From NCBI RefSeq assembly GCF_032191835.1, contig NC_083223.1, positions 114,080,001-114,144,000 on the forward strand: a stretch of DNA of 64,000 nucleotides, in the 5' to 3' direction. This DNA is from Heteronotia binoei. Lineage: Eukaryota. The position numbers and the translations under genes were made by a program. Below the pieces are notes generated by a model. That model had not been told where the DNA came from. It worked only from the letters and a program-made list of their open reading frames with translations, and did not search any database. Positions 50,446 through 62,266 of the stretch are shown one piece after another. Each line of letters starts with the position of its first letter. Within the stretch, counting starts at the first letter, position 1.

Positions 50446-50878
50446 CGGACATGAAACAGAACTACTGATTTTATATCAAGGGAAATCCTGCTCTGTTTAG
50501 ATAAGCACATGTTTAAAATAATTATTAGACAGATTGATGTTGTCAAGGTGAATACTAGAATAGACCTTACTAGCATTATGAAGCTAAAACTTAATTCCTT
50601 TCTGGTCAGAGTTACTCTGACTGACACCATTTCATAAGAGCAGAAATGAAGAGAAATACGGATAGTCCTATTGCACATGACAGATCTTTGAAGGCAAAAG
50701 GTCTATATACTAATGTTCTCAGCTTCTATTGTTATTGTGCTAAATGCTGAAAAAAACATACAGATGATATAATCAGTGATTAGAAGATTCTAATTTTAAA
50801 TTACAGTTTTGAGAACCTTCTCCTCCTAACCTGATCCATTTCCATTAACGAAACAGATTTGTATTTGACTGCACTAAC

Positions 50879-50890
50879 CTATTACAGGAT
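50879..50890 (-). CDS. PTPRK: Candidate 12-nt PTPRK microexon ((D)PVI)
   Basis: cag|ATCCTGTAATAG|gttagt; phase 1-1, frame-preserving, between the 36-nt exon and the ENHS exon. No transcript evidence. Confidence 0.3.
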
Positions 50891-52910
50891 CTGATACCAA
50901 AACAGGTTCCAACATGGAACACTAAGCATCAGTCAAATTAATATGCTGGGAAGGGCAATCATGTTCTTACAATAAAGTAAATAAGCCAGCTCCTTAAACC
51001 ATCACAAGAGTTTTTAATTTCAGTGTGTGTGTGCCTCATTAAACCAAGTAATAGTATGAATAACATGTCAAAGTCAGTTTAAATATCATGCTTTTCTCAT
51101 TAAGCCACTGCAACAAAAATAGTTTCACTGGCAGCTTGACATAGTTTTTTCTCATATACTTACCAGTTATAGGGACTGTAATCATTGAGGCATAAAAAAG
51201 AAAATGAAACAAACATTTTTGAAGTCTGCCTTAAATTAGAAACTTGTGGAATTAAAAATCATAGAAGCTTCAGAGCAGTAGTAACTGAAAAAGCTTCTAT
51301 AATTTTAGGGCCACACAAAAATTACCATGCCATTTTAAAACACCACACAAAAACACACTTCAAAAGGTATTACATAGACAAAGTACTTTTTAAACATAAA
51401 CTTATGAAACTATTTGTTATTAGAGACTGCAGTGGAAGGAAACACCAGGTATATATTAAACCAAAATGACAAATGAGCAGTATCAAGTATTTGATACATC
51501 TATAGGCTACGGTGAACTCCAGCTAGGACCCATACTGCTTTTTGCCTCACAAAAATAATATTTGTAATGAGCAACAAAACGGATAACTATACTGTGATAT
51601 GAATGCATGCAGAAACTGTCAGGCTGCCTTTCAGTTTTGCCCTGGGGCTGCTCTTCACAGCTGCTGTCTCACTGAAGTTCTAACAAATTAACCTTTGCAT
51701 GTCAAAAGATTTGTTTCACCTAACCAAGTTGGAGGTTTTGATAGCTCTAATGTCACATCAAATAGGCTTGTTTAGAGACTTTATGACAGTAAGGGTCTCG
51801 ATGAAAAACGTTAGGAAACAGCACCCCATCAGCAAGCTTAGTTTTATTAATTATGTAAAGATGGGTATTGTAATTTGAGATTTTAAATATTGATTTTTTT
51901 TTTTTACTAAATAACTGGAGCCAGAGTGGGCATTTTGATAGACTGGGCATTCTGATAGATAGATCTGGACCTATGTCCAAGTACATGAAGCCCATGGTGG
52001 ATCTTTGGAAAGTCACTGGTTGGTCTCCAAGGAACAGTACAATTAATAATACATAGCTAAAGGGGCCCAGAGCTCTGGACTTGTATATCTCAAACAGAGT
52101 TATGTCACACAGAAAGTTATTCTGGATTTGGGCACTGGAGTTTTGTGGGGTGCCTATATCTGCCTGACCTGAGACATGGGGTTTTGCTATTCATTGTCTT
52201 ACTTTTTTTACTGTTCGATGGGAGGAGGGGGTTGTAAGCTGCCCTGAGTCCACTCATGGGATAGGGCTGGGTATAAATTAAGTAAATAACTAACTAAGAG
52301 GATTTTTTTAAAAAAAATTTGAAATGTCCAAATAGGGGGAAAAATGGGTTGGATCTTGTCTTTCTGTTCCAGTAATCGCAGCACTGTGTTCTGGTACATG
52401 ATTGTTCCCTCCAGTGGAAGAACCTCCAGCAGCCAAGTCTACACTTACTGCTGAGAGAAAAGGGCACATTTAGTGGAACAGATTAACAGGATCTAACCTC
52501 ATACATCCCACTGTGTGTGCTCTAAACTTCAAGAAGCAAGTAAACTAACACTTAAGTTCCAGGACAAACTCTCTCCACCTGACTTATAGTTCAAAATCTG
52601 TCATTATCTGTAAAGGATACATGAAACACACACACACATTAATAATATAATAGACTTTTATTCCTATTCCCATACTTCTGCATAATTCTAGAAAACCTGT
52701 CACTTTTGAACAGTAATGGGGGCAAGCTCAGCTGGCAAAGGGAGTAAATGAATAAATGTAATTTAAACTGCATATAGATAAGGAGCCAAGTTCAATATTT
52801 GCATGATTTCAGTTCTGCAGTATAAATGAAATAGCACAGTATAGGACTGATCCAAAACATGGGAGAGGTTTTTGAAAATTCTTTTGTTCTTTGGGCACAT
52901 TCAATTTCTG

Positions 52911-53512
52911 TTGACTTCTGAGAGGGCAGGTGCAAAAATGGATGAAATTGGTTGTGGAGTGGGAGCATTCCCTTCTCTTTTACCTGACAGATCTGGCACT
53001 CTTCAGAGCCCCAATCAGCTGCTGCTTTGATAGCCATCACACAGTCAAATCAGTTACAAGGTGCCACTATCCTTAGGCAGAGCACAATGTAAATGAAAAT
53101 AAAAAAATGGCATTGAAGCAACAGCAGCAGTAAACCGAGGCTGCAGAGAACACACAACAAAGAAAAAGCTTTTTAAGGGAACATCTTCCATGAACAGTGC
53201 TGAAATCATTGACTTCTGAGAGGGCAGTTGCAAAAATGGGTGAAATTGGTAGTGGAGTGGGAGCATTCCCGTCTCTTTTACCAGACAGAACTGGCATTCT
53301 TCAGAGCCCCAATCAGCTGCTGCTTTGACAGCCATCACACAGTCAAATCAGTTACAAGATGCCACTATCCTTAGGCAGAGCACGATGTAAATGAAAATAA
53401 AAAAATGGCATTGAAGCAGCAGCAACAGTAGCAGCAAACCGAGGCTGAAAAGAACACACAACAAAGAAAAAGCTTTGGAAGGGAACATCTTCCATGAACA
53501 GTGCTAAAATCA
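52911..53512. repeat. Tandem duplication of a ~300-bp unit
   Basis: Copy 1 at 52911-53208 and copy 2 at 53209-53512 both start TTGACTTCTGAGAGGGCAG; roughly 90% identical by eye. Confidence 0.9.
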
Positions 53513-53696
53513 TTGACTATTTGGTGCAGCCCTAGGAAGACAGTGCTGCAAATACTTGAATATTCAGCAGGTCTATCTTTTTGACTGGAAACAAGCCCCT
53601 CCAGCAGGCAATAAAATAATTTATTGGAAAGAGTTATGAATCATGCAAGGAAGTGAAATCCATGAAGGAATGGATGAAGAAGGACTAGGTCCTCAC

Positions 53697-53732
53697 CTAA
53701 TACAGCGGTCGGCACAAGTGGATCATTTGGCA
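53697..53732 (-). CDS. PTPRK: PTPRK alternative 36-nt juxtamembrane exon ((x)PNDPLVPTAVL(D))
   Basis: cag|TGCCAAATGATCCACTTGTGCCGACCGCTGTATTAG|gtgagg; phase 1-1; matches the LPNDPLVPTAVL insert recalled from PTPRK isoforms. Confidence 0.9.
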   Translation of the reverse strand, partial: CQMIHLCRPLY

Positions 53733-54518
53733 CTGCAGGAAAACAAAGCTCATGAAGAAATACATTACCTTCAATTGGTATGTGTATATATAAATATACA
53801 TACATATATCTTTTAAAATACAGAGGTTTTTTTTTTCAAAAATCACATATCTATTTATCTTGTTAATACAAACAGAAAATATATAATCCACTTATTTGAA
53901 ACAATATCAGCATATGCAAATTTATAAAAAAAGGCCTAATGGAGTCAATTTAGACATCTGAAAGCATTTGCTGTTTAAAAGCTACACAGAGTAAATCTCA
54001 GGTAGATTTGCCAGCACAGCTGCCAAAGTCTAATTGGAACAGTTAGAAAGCAATTGCTGCTGCTTTCAAAAACTTAGTACTATGCCAAACGCACACTGCA
54101 TTTTTCACAGGACATGGCTCAAATAGATTCATTTGAAAGTGCAGAGACAGGTTAAAGCGGAGTTACATTAACTGAGGCACTCATCAGCAAGTTCCCTTGA
54201 TGGAAGTGAAACATCAACAAGCATTTAAATTAACGACAAAGCTTCTCAGTCTTCAGCTGCTGAGTAAATTATGTATTACATAATGATAGTGAGTAGTTTT
54301 ATGCATCACTTCCACCAGTGCAGTTGTCTCAAAACAGACATTATGGCCACCATATGGCTGTTCCACATGGACCAGTATCTGAAGTAAGAGTATCTGCACT
54401 GGGCCTCTATCTATCTCTAGATCAGTCCACTACTTGGAGACATCAAAGCACAGAGAAAATTACAACCATTAAATTGTATACTTTGGTCCAGTCAAAAACA
54501 GGCAATATGTAACACATA

Positions 54519-54725
54519 TACATAAGAAGTATCATGTTGGATCAGACCAAAGGCCCATCTAGATTAGCGTTCTGTTCACATAGCAGCTGACCAGCTACCT
54601 CTAAAGTGTCTGAAACAGCATCCTTCTGCCCATGCTCCCCAGTGACTGATCTAAAGAGGCATATTGCTTCTGGTACTGGAGAGGGTAGATATCCATCCTG
54701 ACTCGTAGTCACTGATACTTGTATC
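54519..54725 (-). mobile_element. Diverged CR1 3' fragment
   Basis: CATAAGAAGTATCATGTTGGATCAGACCAAAGGCCCATCTAG resembles the CR1 3' tail. Confidence 0.6.
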
Positions 54726-54775
54726 CTGAATGCAACCTGGCATGCATTATAGTACCTAACAAATTTCAGCTCACA

Positions 54776-54931
54776 NNNNNNNNNNNNNNNNNNNNNNNNN
54801 NNNNNNNNNNNNNNNNNNNNNNNNNNNNNNNNNNNNNNNNNNNNNNNNNNNNNNNNNNNNNNNNNNNNNNNNNNNNNNNNNNNNNNNNNNNNNNNNNNNN
54901 NNNNNNNNNNNNNNNNNNNNNNNNNNNNNNN
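54776..54931. other. Assembly gap (156 N)
   Basis: Run of N. Confidence 1.
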
Positions 54932-55810
54932 CATTGAGGGCAATGTTGTTGCTTTGGGACTCCATTCTGGTAGAACTATTATATTTTACAATATTATTAC
55001 TAGCTGTTTCCCAGTATTAAATTACAAAATAAACAGGACATGACATGGTAAGAAACAGTATAAGCATTATAATGTATTGACCTTCATATCAGCACATCTC
55101 TTGGTTTCTGAGCGGTAATTCACTTTGTATTTGTCACTCAAAATGGATTGCATAAAAGATGATTTAACAAGCAAATTTTTTAACATGGAAAACAGAGCTG
55201 CATTTTCCTGTAACTGTTGTTCACAGAGTGGTCACCTGTGCAATCAAACATGGGTACTGTACATGCACACTCCTACTGTGGAAAAGTTTTTGAAGCTCAA
55301 AAAATGCCTAAGATGCTCTGTCCATCTTTTCAAGTGTGGTATCTATAGAGGAATGCCCTTCCCTCTCTTCCTCTCTGCTGCCACTATACAGATTGTCAGA
55401 TCTAGTTTAGAGCTCACAGTGGGACTACAAAGGTGACCACTTGATGAATAACAATTACAGGGAAGTACAACCTTGTTTTCATTGTTGTGGTACCTGTGCA
55501 GTCTCACATAGGAGAGTAGCAAGCTGATTTACCAGTCTTAGGAAGGCAGGTGTAAGCTCTCAGTTGGATACAGACTATAGAACTACTGCTCTTCCCACTG
55601 CCATGTCTCTTGTAGCCTCTATGTCCATCAAGAAATAATTGGCAAGGGCACATAAAAAAGATCATGGTGCAACCTTGCAGATAGAGTCAATAGAGATCCC
55701 AACTAGAGACTTCGGGGGGCATTCTGGAGGTGGATGGGGACGTCATGCAGGGAAAGCTCTGGTGTTTGGGCAAAAATCTATGGTTTTTGTTCTCAAAACC
55801 ATGTTTGCAA

Positions 55811-57184
55811 ATGCCTAGGAAGAAAGGGTGTGGGAAGCCTAAAGGCAAGCAGCCGGCACCCAAGGCCCCACCAAAAAGGCCAGCCCTCCTTTTATTTTCT
55901 TCCGATGAGCTATTCTGCAAAGGCTTTCGACTTTGGAAAAGGTGGTGGGCATTCCTTCCTCGCAGAGGTCAGGCTTGGGAAAAACCTCTAAGGTGGCATT
56001 GCAGGCTGATATATTAACTAGGTTGTCCATCCTTGAAGGCAGGTCTGCAGAACTTGGTGCTTGAGGAGTCGAGGGCACTGGTGGTGCAGATGGAGGTGCA
56101 GCTTTGTTTCCAGCGGATGCTGAAGCAGGGCCAGCACTGGTGCCAATTGGATCCAGGGGTAAGGCTGGAGGCACTACACAGTCATACATGGGCATGGCTT
56201 GGCCATGGGGTCCTTGGAACCCCGCTTCTCAGGCAGTGCCAGGTGCTGCTGCTGGGGCTTCAGGTACCTCTCCCCCCATGGCACGGGTCTGCAGCAAGCT
56301 TGGTCATGGTCAATGGGCCAGTTTGGCCCCTATGGACCCTGGCCTGTGGCCTGTCAGCAAGGGAGCCATGCCCCTTTTTTGGGGGATGGGGCTGTTCCCC
56401 TAAGTTCGGTGCTGCATAGGGGTCGGTCCCATTTACTGCCATGCCTTTCGGGGACGTAGCGTTACCTTTAGACGATCATTTGTTGCCTGCAACAAAGGAT
56501 AAGATCCTAAAGGGTGAGTATGTTGACATTTTCTCCCTCCTCTTCCATGAGTTGGAGAAGAAAGATAAAGAGGAGCTGGATGACAAAGAAAGAGAAATTG
56601 AAGAAGCGCAAAGTGCACTGGACTTGGGCCAATTGGCTGCCAGGGTTTTTATATATTCTGGTGTGGTTGCATGCTCCCAGCCTTGGTGGGCGGCTGCGCT
56701 CATTCAGTATATGGATATCATTTATAAGGGGTATACGATGTTTAGTGGGCCCGCCTGGATTCAATATGATGAAGAATTCAGGATGAAGGCCGCTTTGTAC
56801 CCTTCCCTTCAGTGGGATTGCATCCACCACCAGTTGCGGCTTCAGGTCATGTCTCTGGCACAACCAAATTTGGGTGACCGCTCTGACAGTGGTCATTTGG
56901 TTGCTAGGACATCAGCTACTTCTTCTGCTTCGTCATCCTCTTCCCACAGTTCCTCAGGGCAGGCGGTTCAACCCCGCTTGCTTTGCTGGGAGTTTGGCTC
57001 CCAAGGAGTGTGCAGCAAGAAAGCTTGTCAGTTCAAGCATGAATATCCCATGTGTGGTGGCCCGCACTCCTTAAGTAACTGCCCCAGAGCCCAGCCACAT
57101 AAGGGCCAAAAGAGACACGGTGGTGGTGGAAGTACTTACCAAGCTGGAAAGGAGGCCCAGTCCGATAAAGATGGGACCTCTTGA
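55811..57184 (+). pseudogene. Ngaro gag-like ORF (frameshifted) with C-terminal Cys/His zinc finger
   Basis: Basic N-terminus MPRKKGCGKPKGKQP; C-terminal CWEF...CSKKACQFKHE..MCGGPH....C. Confidence 0.7.
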
Positions 57185-58667
57185 GCAGTGGCTGTATAGG
57201 TACCTGCGAAGAGCTGATAGGGTTTACTTGTTAAATGGTTTCATGTTAGAATTCCTTTTCAGGGTCCCCGGGCTGCATTTCGGTCTGGGGACCTTAGTTC
57301 TATTAAAGGTTTAGTGCATGTAGTTAAGGATAAGATTGCCAAGGAGTTAGCAGAGGGCAGGATTTTGGGCCCATTTCTTAATCCTCCAGTGCCTAGCCTT
57401 AGGGTTTCCCCCTTGGGAGTGGTGCCAAAGAAGGCGCCTAGTGAATCTCGTTTGATTCACCACCTTTCCTACCCCAAGGGTGCGTCAGTTAATGATGGGA
57501 TTCCTGAGCATTTATTCTCAGTTAGGTATACCAGCTTTGATCAGGCCGTGGGTGTTGGGGGGCAGAGATGCCTAAATGCAATATTAAGTCTGCGTTTCGC
57601 CTTCTACTGCCATCCAGCTGATTTTGAGCTTTTAGGATTTTCCTTTGAGGCGCAATTTTACATGGACAGAACATTGCCAATGGGCTGTTCTGTCCCATGT
57701 GAGGCTTTTGAGTGTTTCAGCATGTTCTTGGAATGGGCTGTTGACGAGAAAGTTGGATCTCAGGATGTTGTTCATTATTTGAATTACCTCTTTGGGGGTC
57801 CTGCAGGGACTGGGTGTTGTGCACGGCTGCTGCCTGCAGAACTGGGGGTTCCGTTGGTGCAGGACAAAATGGAAGGTCTGGCCCAAAAACTTATATATTT
57901 TTTTAGGGATTGAGCTGGATACTCTGGTGCAACTGTTCAGAATTCCTATTCAAAAAGTGGAAGATTTGAAGAGCAGGATTAATTCCTTCCTTCTTAAGAA
58001 AAAGGTCACATTGCTTGAGCTCTAGCAGCTGGTTGGGCATCTTAACTTTGCTTGCAAAGTGGTTACTCCTGGACGAACTTTTCTTCGTAAGCTATGTGAT
58101 GCTGTGGCAGGCCTCTGCCTGCCCCAACATAGAACACGGGTTACCAGCAGCATGAGGGAGGATTTAAGGGTATGGCAAGAATTGAGGTGGAGCTTCAAGT
58201 CATGTCTGATGCTGCTGTGTCTTTAGGTTTTGGGGTTTATTTCCGCGGACATTGGTGCACGGACGCATGGCCAGAGTCATGGGCTCAGGCAGGTTTGAAA
58301 CGAGATTTAACGTTTCTTGATTTTTTCCCCCATTTTTGTTGCAGTTTGGCTGTGGGGGAATTATATGGCCAATCGCACAATTCATTTTTGGTGCAATAAC
58401 ATGGCAGTGGTCCATGTCATTAATTCCCTTTCATTCAAATCTCAAAGGGTTATGAAATTGGTGAGGGCCTTCACTCTGCGCTGTCTGCGGCTTAACATAC
58501 TGTTTTTAGCAAAGCGTGTTCCTGGGGTAGATAACGGGGTAGCTGATGCTCTCTCTTGTAAACAGATGGAGAGGTTTCGCCAGTTGGCCCCAGATGCCGA
58601 TCGAGAATCGGCGCCAATGCCCCAGGAGCTATGGCTGATTGGAGAGCTGAGGCCTGCAGAGCAATAG
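57150..58667 (+). pseudogene. Ngaro RT/RNase H (disrupted)
   Basis: LRVSPLGVVPKKAPSESRLIHHLSYP, LPMGCSVPC, decayed YLDD (HYLNYL), SDAAVSLGFG, and HFWCNNMAVVHVIN (D-to-N in the CDN motif). Confidence 0.85.
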
Positions 58668-59516
58668 CCTCTGCCATTGCACCTAGCACTAGGAAGTCTT
58701 ATGAATGTGTTGGGTGGCAGTTTGAGGACTTTAGGGCTGAGGTAGGGTATCACATTATTTGGCCCCACCCGATGGAGCAATTGCTCCACTACTGTGTTTC
58801 TTTAAAAGGTAAGGGATTGGCCGTGTGATCCATTAGGGACGCCTGTCTGCTTTGGCTTTTGCTAGCAAGGCGTTGGGATACAAGGAGGAAACAGCAGACT
58901 TTCGGCTTTGAAAGCTGCTGGAGGGATGGGCCAGAGAGGCTGGGACTAATCTTGATACTAGGAAGCCTATTTCCCCTCTGATTCTTAAGGGTTTGGGGCA
59001 CAGTGTGTGCATCTTATTTTGAGTCTGCACTGTTTCATGCTGCTTCCTTGGTTGCCTTTTTTTGGCCTTTTTTTGGCCCTTAGAGTTAGTGGTGGTAATG
59101 CTTTGTTGCTACGGGATCTGAGGTTAGTTGAGGGTAAAGCGGTCATTACTGTTCAATGCTCTAAGACTGACCAGTGTCGCAAAGGGACTGTGTTGGAGCT
59201 AGGCAAGTGCTCTGAGCTTGAGCTGTGCCCAGTTTCCGCTTTGGCTGCTTATTTGGCAGTTCAGAGGACCAAGGAGGGGTTTTTGTTTTGTCACTTTAAT
59301 GGCAGCCCACTGACAAAGCATCAGTTTTGGGCTGTGACTTCCCGGGCTTTAGCTAAGCTGGGGTTGTCCAGGGTGTGGTTTGGTACCCACTCCTTTAGAA
59401 TTGGGGCAGCCTCTACAGCTGCTTCCCTGGGATATCCTTCTTCCTCCATTCAGCGCCTGGGCTGTTGGCAGTCATCGGCCTATAAATCTTATGTTCGCTC
59501 TTTGCTCAGTTCCTAG
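58631..59516 (+). pseudogene. Tyrosine recombinase (N-terminal half frameshifted)
   Basis: Catalytic-type motifs ALRVS (R), SKTDQ (K), THSFRIGAAS (HxxR) and LGCWQSSAYKSYVR (W, Y). Confidence 0.88.
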
Positions 59517-59579
59517 CTTCATTGTTTGTAATTGAGATGTTATGGTTCTTGCTTCTAGTATGACTGTTTTTTTCTTTTT

Positions 59580-60453
59580 AGATGCTGTTGTTCCTGGCCA
59601 GAGGAGCCGAGTTCTCATCTGTGGACACAGCTATGTGTTTTGGGTCGCACATCAGGCTTTGAGAACTTCAGTCGGTTCTCAGCTGGGACTCAGCCAATAT
59701 GTTACTGTTGAATGGCGGGGGCACCGGGGCCTGGCCTGCTGCCATTGTTATTTCATGGGAATGTGGGCCCTCCTCTTGAGGTTTTAATCATCCAACTGGG
59801 AGGGAATGATCTAGGGCTAGTAAAAGGCAAGGCTTTGGTCTTGCAGGTCTGTGGGAATTTTTGGTACATTAGGGAGAGATGGCCCGGGACCACTATAATT
59901 TGGTCAACCATGATCCCCCACCTTGTTTGGCATAGTGGTTGGGACCCTGCAGGTATAGAGAGGACCCTTTATAAAGCTAACAAAGTAATTAGGAAGGCAT
60001 TGGAAGGGGGGTTGGGCCACTTTCTGCCCCACCCGGATATTTCTACGAAATTTCCTGACCTCTACAAAGGGGATAAGAACATAAGAGAACATAAGAGAAG
60101 CCATGTTGGATCAGGCCAACGGCCCATCAAGTCCAACACTCTGTGTCACACAGTGGCAAAAAATTTTATATACACACATACACTGTGGCTAATAGCCACT
60201 GATGGACCTGTGCTCCATATTTTTATCTAAACCCCTCTTGAAGGTGGCTATACTTGTGGCCGCCACCACCTCCTGTGGCAGTGAATTCCACATGTTAATC
60301 ACCCTTTGGGTGAAGAAGTACTTCCTTTTATCCTTTTATCCGTTTATCCGGGATGGGGTGCATCTCTCTGAAAAAGGTAACATGCTTTTCTTGAGAGATC
60401 TCTGGCAAGGGCTGCGGGTGGCCTTGGGCCTCCTGGTGGGTACTAAGCCCTAA
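59580..60453 (+). pseudogene. SGNH hydrolase ORF of the Ngaro element, split by a CR1 insertion
   Basis: Block I CGHSY, block III QLGGND; block V YKGD/GVHLS is rejoined once 60075-60354 is removed. Confidence 0.8.
60075..60349 (-). mobile_element. Short CR1 3' fragment nested in the Ngaro hydrolase ORF
   Basis: Near-identical to the tail at 14956-15235; 5-bp direct repeat GGGAT at 60070-60074 and 60350-60354. Confidence 0.9.
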
Positions 60454-60474
60454 GGAGAGACTTGGCCTTAGTAG

Positions 60475-60942
60475 TGGCAGGTTGTTAATCGGTTTATGGT
60501 TCTATGCAGCTAGGGGAGGACCAGAAAGCATCCCCCTTTTGGGGAGTTAGCGGGCTGGCAAGATCAACCTTAGGGTTTGATGATCTGGGGTGTGAGAGTG
60601 CAGACTGTCCTGGAGGCTCGACTAGAGGGTGCCTTCCATTGAGATGTGCGCCTGGTGGTTGAGCCCTCTGGGGCTTGCCTCCTTGCTGGGCCGGCCTGGC
60701 GGGAGCTGTGCCACACAGCTCCGGCTGGGGGGCTGGGTCTCTCACCCGCTAATGGCAGAGGAGCGATCTGTTGAGACCCCTGGCCCTGACCAGGCCGCAG
60801 TTCTTGTTGGCCTTGCTGTTTAATATTTATTTATTTTTCGCATTTATATCCCGCTGTCCCCACCGAAGCAGGCTCAGGGCCGCTATAGCTTAGTTATACC
60901 AATACCTTGTGTTCGACTCTTCATTCCAACTTGGAGGGCAAT
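60475..60942 (+). repeat. Ngaro split direct repeat B1 (with an L2-tail insertion at ~60834-60892)
   Basis: Aligns end to end with 61309-61716. Confidence 0.8.
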
Positions 60943-61308
60943 TTGTTTCTAGCAGCCAGCAGCACGCTGCTAGGCTGCTGGAACGTCTTTGCCTCTCTGG
61001 GAGGATACGGAGGATTTTGGAAGCCCATTTGGGTGCACTTTTGAGGGGGCGGGGCTTGCTGTGCTAGCAGCAGTTCCATCTGCCCCCTACCTCAGTCTCC
61101 AGGCTGAGATCAGCCCTCCCTCCTGCCCTGTTTGTTATGTAAGCAAGTGCTGGTCGCCTCATGGTTTGGGGGGCTGGGTAGGAATTTTTTGCTCCCCAGC
61201 TGATTGGCAGTTTGCTGGGGTGTTTTTTCGCCTACCCTACATAGCAGGTCAGTGGATTGTGGATTTGGCTATAGTGAGGTGCTGTTAAATAGGTTGGTCA
61301 CTTTAGTT

Positions 61309-61716
61309 TGGCAGGTTGTTAATGAGTTTATGGTTCTATGCGGCTAGCGGAGGACCAGAAAGCATCCCCCTTTTGGGGAGTTAGGGGTCTGGCAGGATCA
61401 ACCTTAAGGTTTGATGACCTGGGGTGTGAGAATGCTCGACTAGAGGTGCTTTCCATTGAGATGTGCACCAGGTGGTTGGGCCCTCTGGGGCTTGCCTCCT
61501 TGCTGGGCTGGCCTGGCAGGAGCTGTGCCACACAGCTCCAGCTGGGGGGCTGGGTCTCTTGCCCGCTAATGGCAGGGGAGTGGTCTGTTGAGACCCCTGG
61601 CCCTGACCAGGCCGCAATTCTTGTTGCCCTTGTCGTTTATTATTATACTTAATAAAGTGGCCCTTATTTATACCAATACCTTGTGTCCGACTCTTCATTC
61701 CGACTTGGGAGGCAAT
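61309..61716 (+). repeat. Ngaro split direct repeat B2
   Basis: TGGCAGGTTGTTAAT...CTCTTCATTCC.ACTTGG..GGCAAT is shared with 60475-60942. Confidence 0.8.
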
Positions 61717-61992
61717 GGGATCTAGGAAGGAGATTAAAAGGTTATTGTCTTTTTAAAAGGGTTTCATTCTGTCAGGGCAGAAAATATGAGCTTTATGCAC
61801 ATCTAAGGAGTAGAGGGCTTGGTCTTTGTCACCCTGTGGTTGTGGTTATAGCAATGGTAGGATGATATCCTGGTTTAGATGGAATTTGGATGTTACTTTA
61901 GGAAGAAATTGGAGTGAACTATGAAGGACTATTCTGGTGTTCAATACTTTCAGAAAAGAGGGTTCATGTTGCAGTGTCTGCTATTTGCTGAC

Positions 61993-62251
61993 TGTAACGT
62001 ACTCGAAGCGGAGACGAGAGTAGGGCAACATAGTTTATTAGGAGCACATTGCAAGAGAGAGAGCACGCGGGCCGGGCCCCGCTTATATACAATTCCCGGT
62101 ACAGCCTACTGGGTCGGTCAGGCCAATCCTGACCTGTTGAACTACCCGCCGCAGCTGTTGATTGGCGGGTGATTCCGCGCCCTGCGCTGGAGGCTTCTGG
62201 GACAGCCCCGTTGCCTCTGCACTGGGCGCATGTTGTTACTGATACACTACA
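61993..62251 (-). repeat. Gypsy 3' LTR (259 bp)
   Basis: The minus strand starts TGTAGTG and ends GTTACA. TATATAA at 62083-62089, AATAAA at 62024-62029, polypurine tract at 62252-62264. Confidence 0.85.
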
Positions 62252-62266
62252 CCCCTCCCCCCCTAG

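Larger units (their letters stand above)
55811..61716 (+). mobile_element. Ngaro-type tyrosine recombinase retrotransposon (degenerate; 5' repeat not found)
   Basis: Order gag, RT, RNase H, tyrosine recombinase, SGNH hydrolase, then direct repeats at 60475-60942 and 61309-61716 separated by ~370 bp. Many frameshifts and stops. Confidence 0.85.

Noticed and set aside
51693-51719. 27-nt frame-preserving TAG...GT candidate microexon (GETNLLTCK)
   Set aside because: Weak donor (GTTAAT), poor pyrimidine tract and no recalled paralogous insert; likely chance.
59712-60230. 172-aa ORF that looks like a novel hydrolase with a unique tail
   Set aside because: Artificial fusion of the Ngaro SGNH ORF with the antisense strand of the nested CR1.
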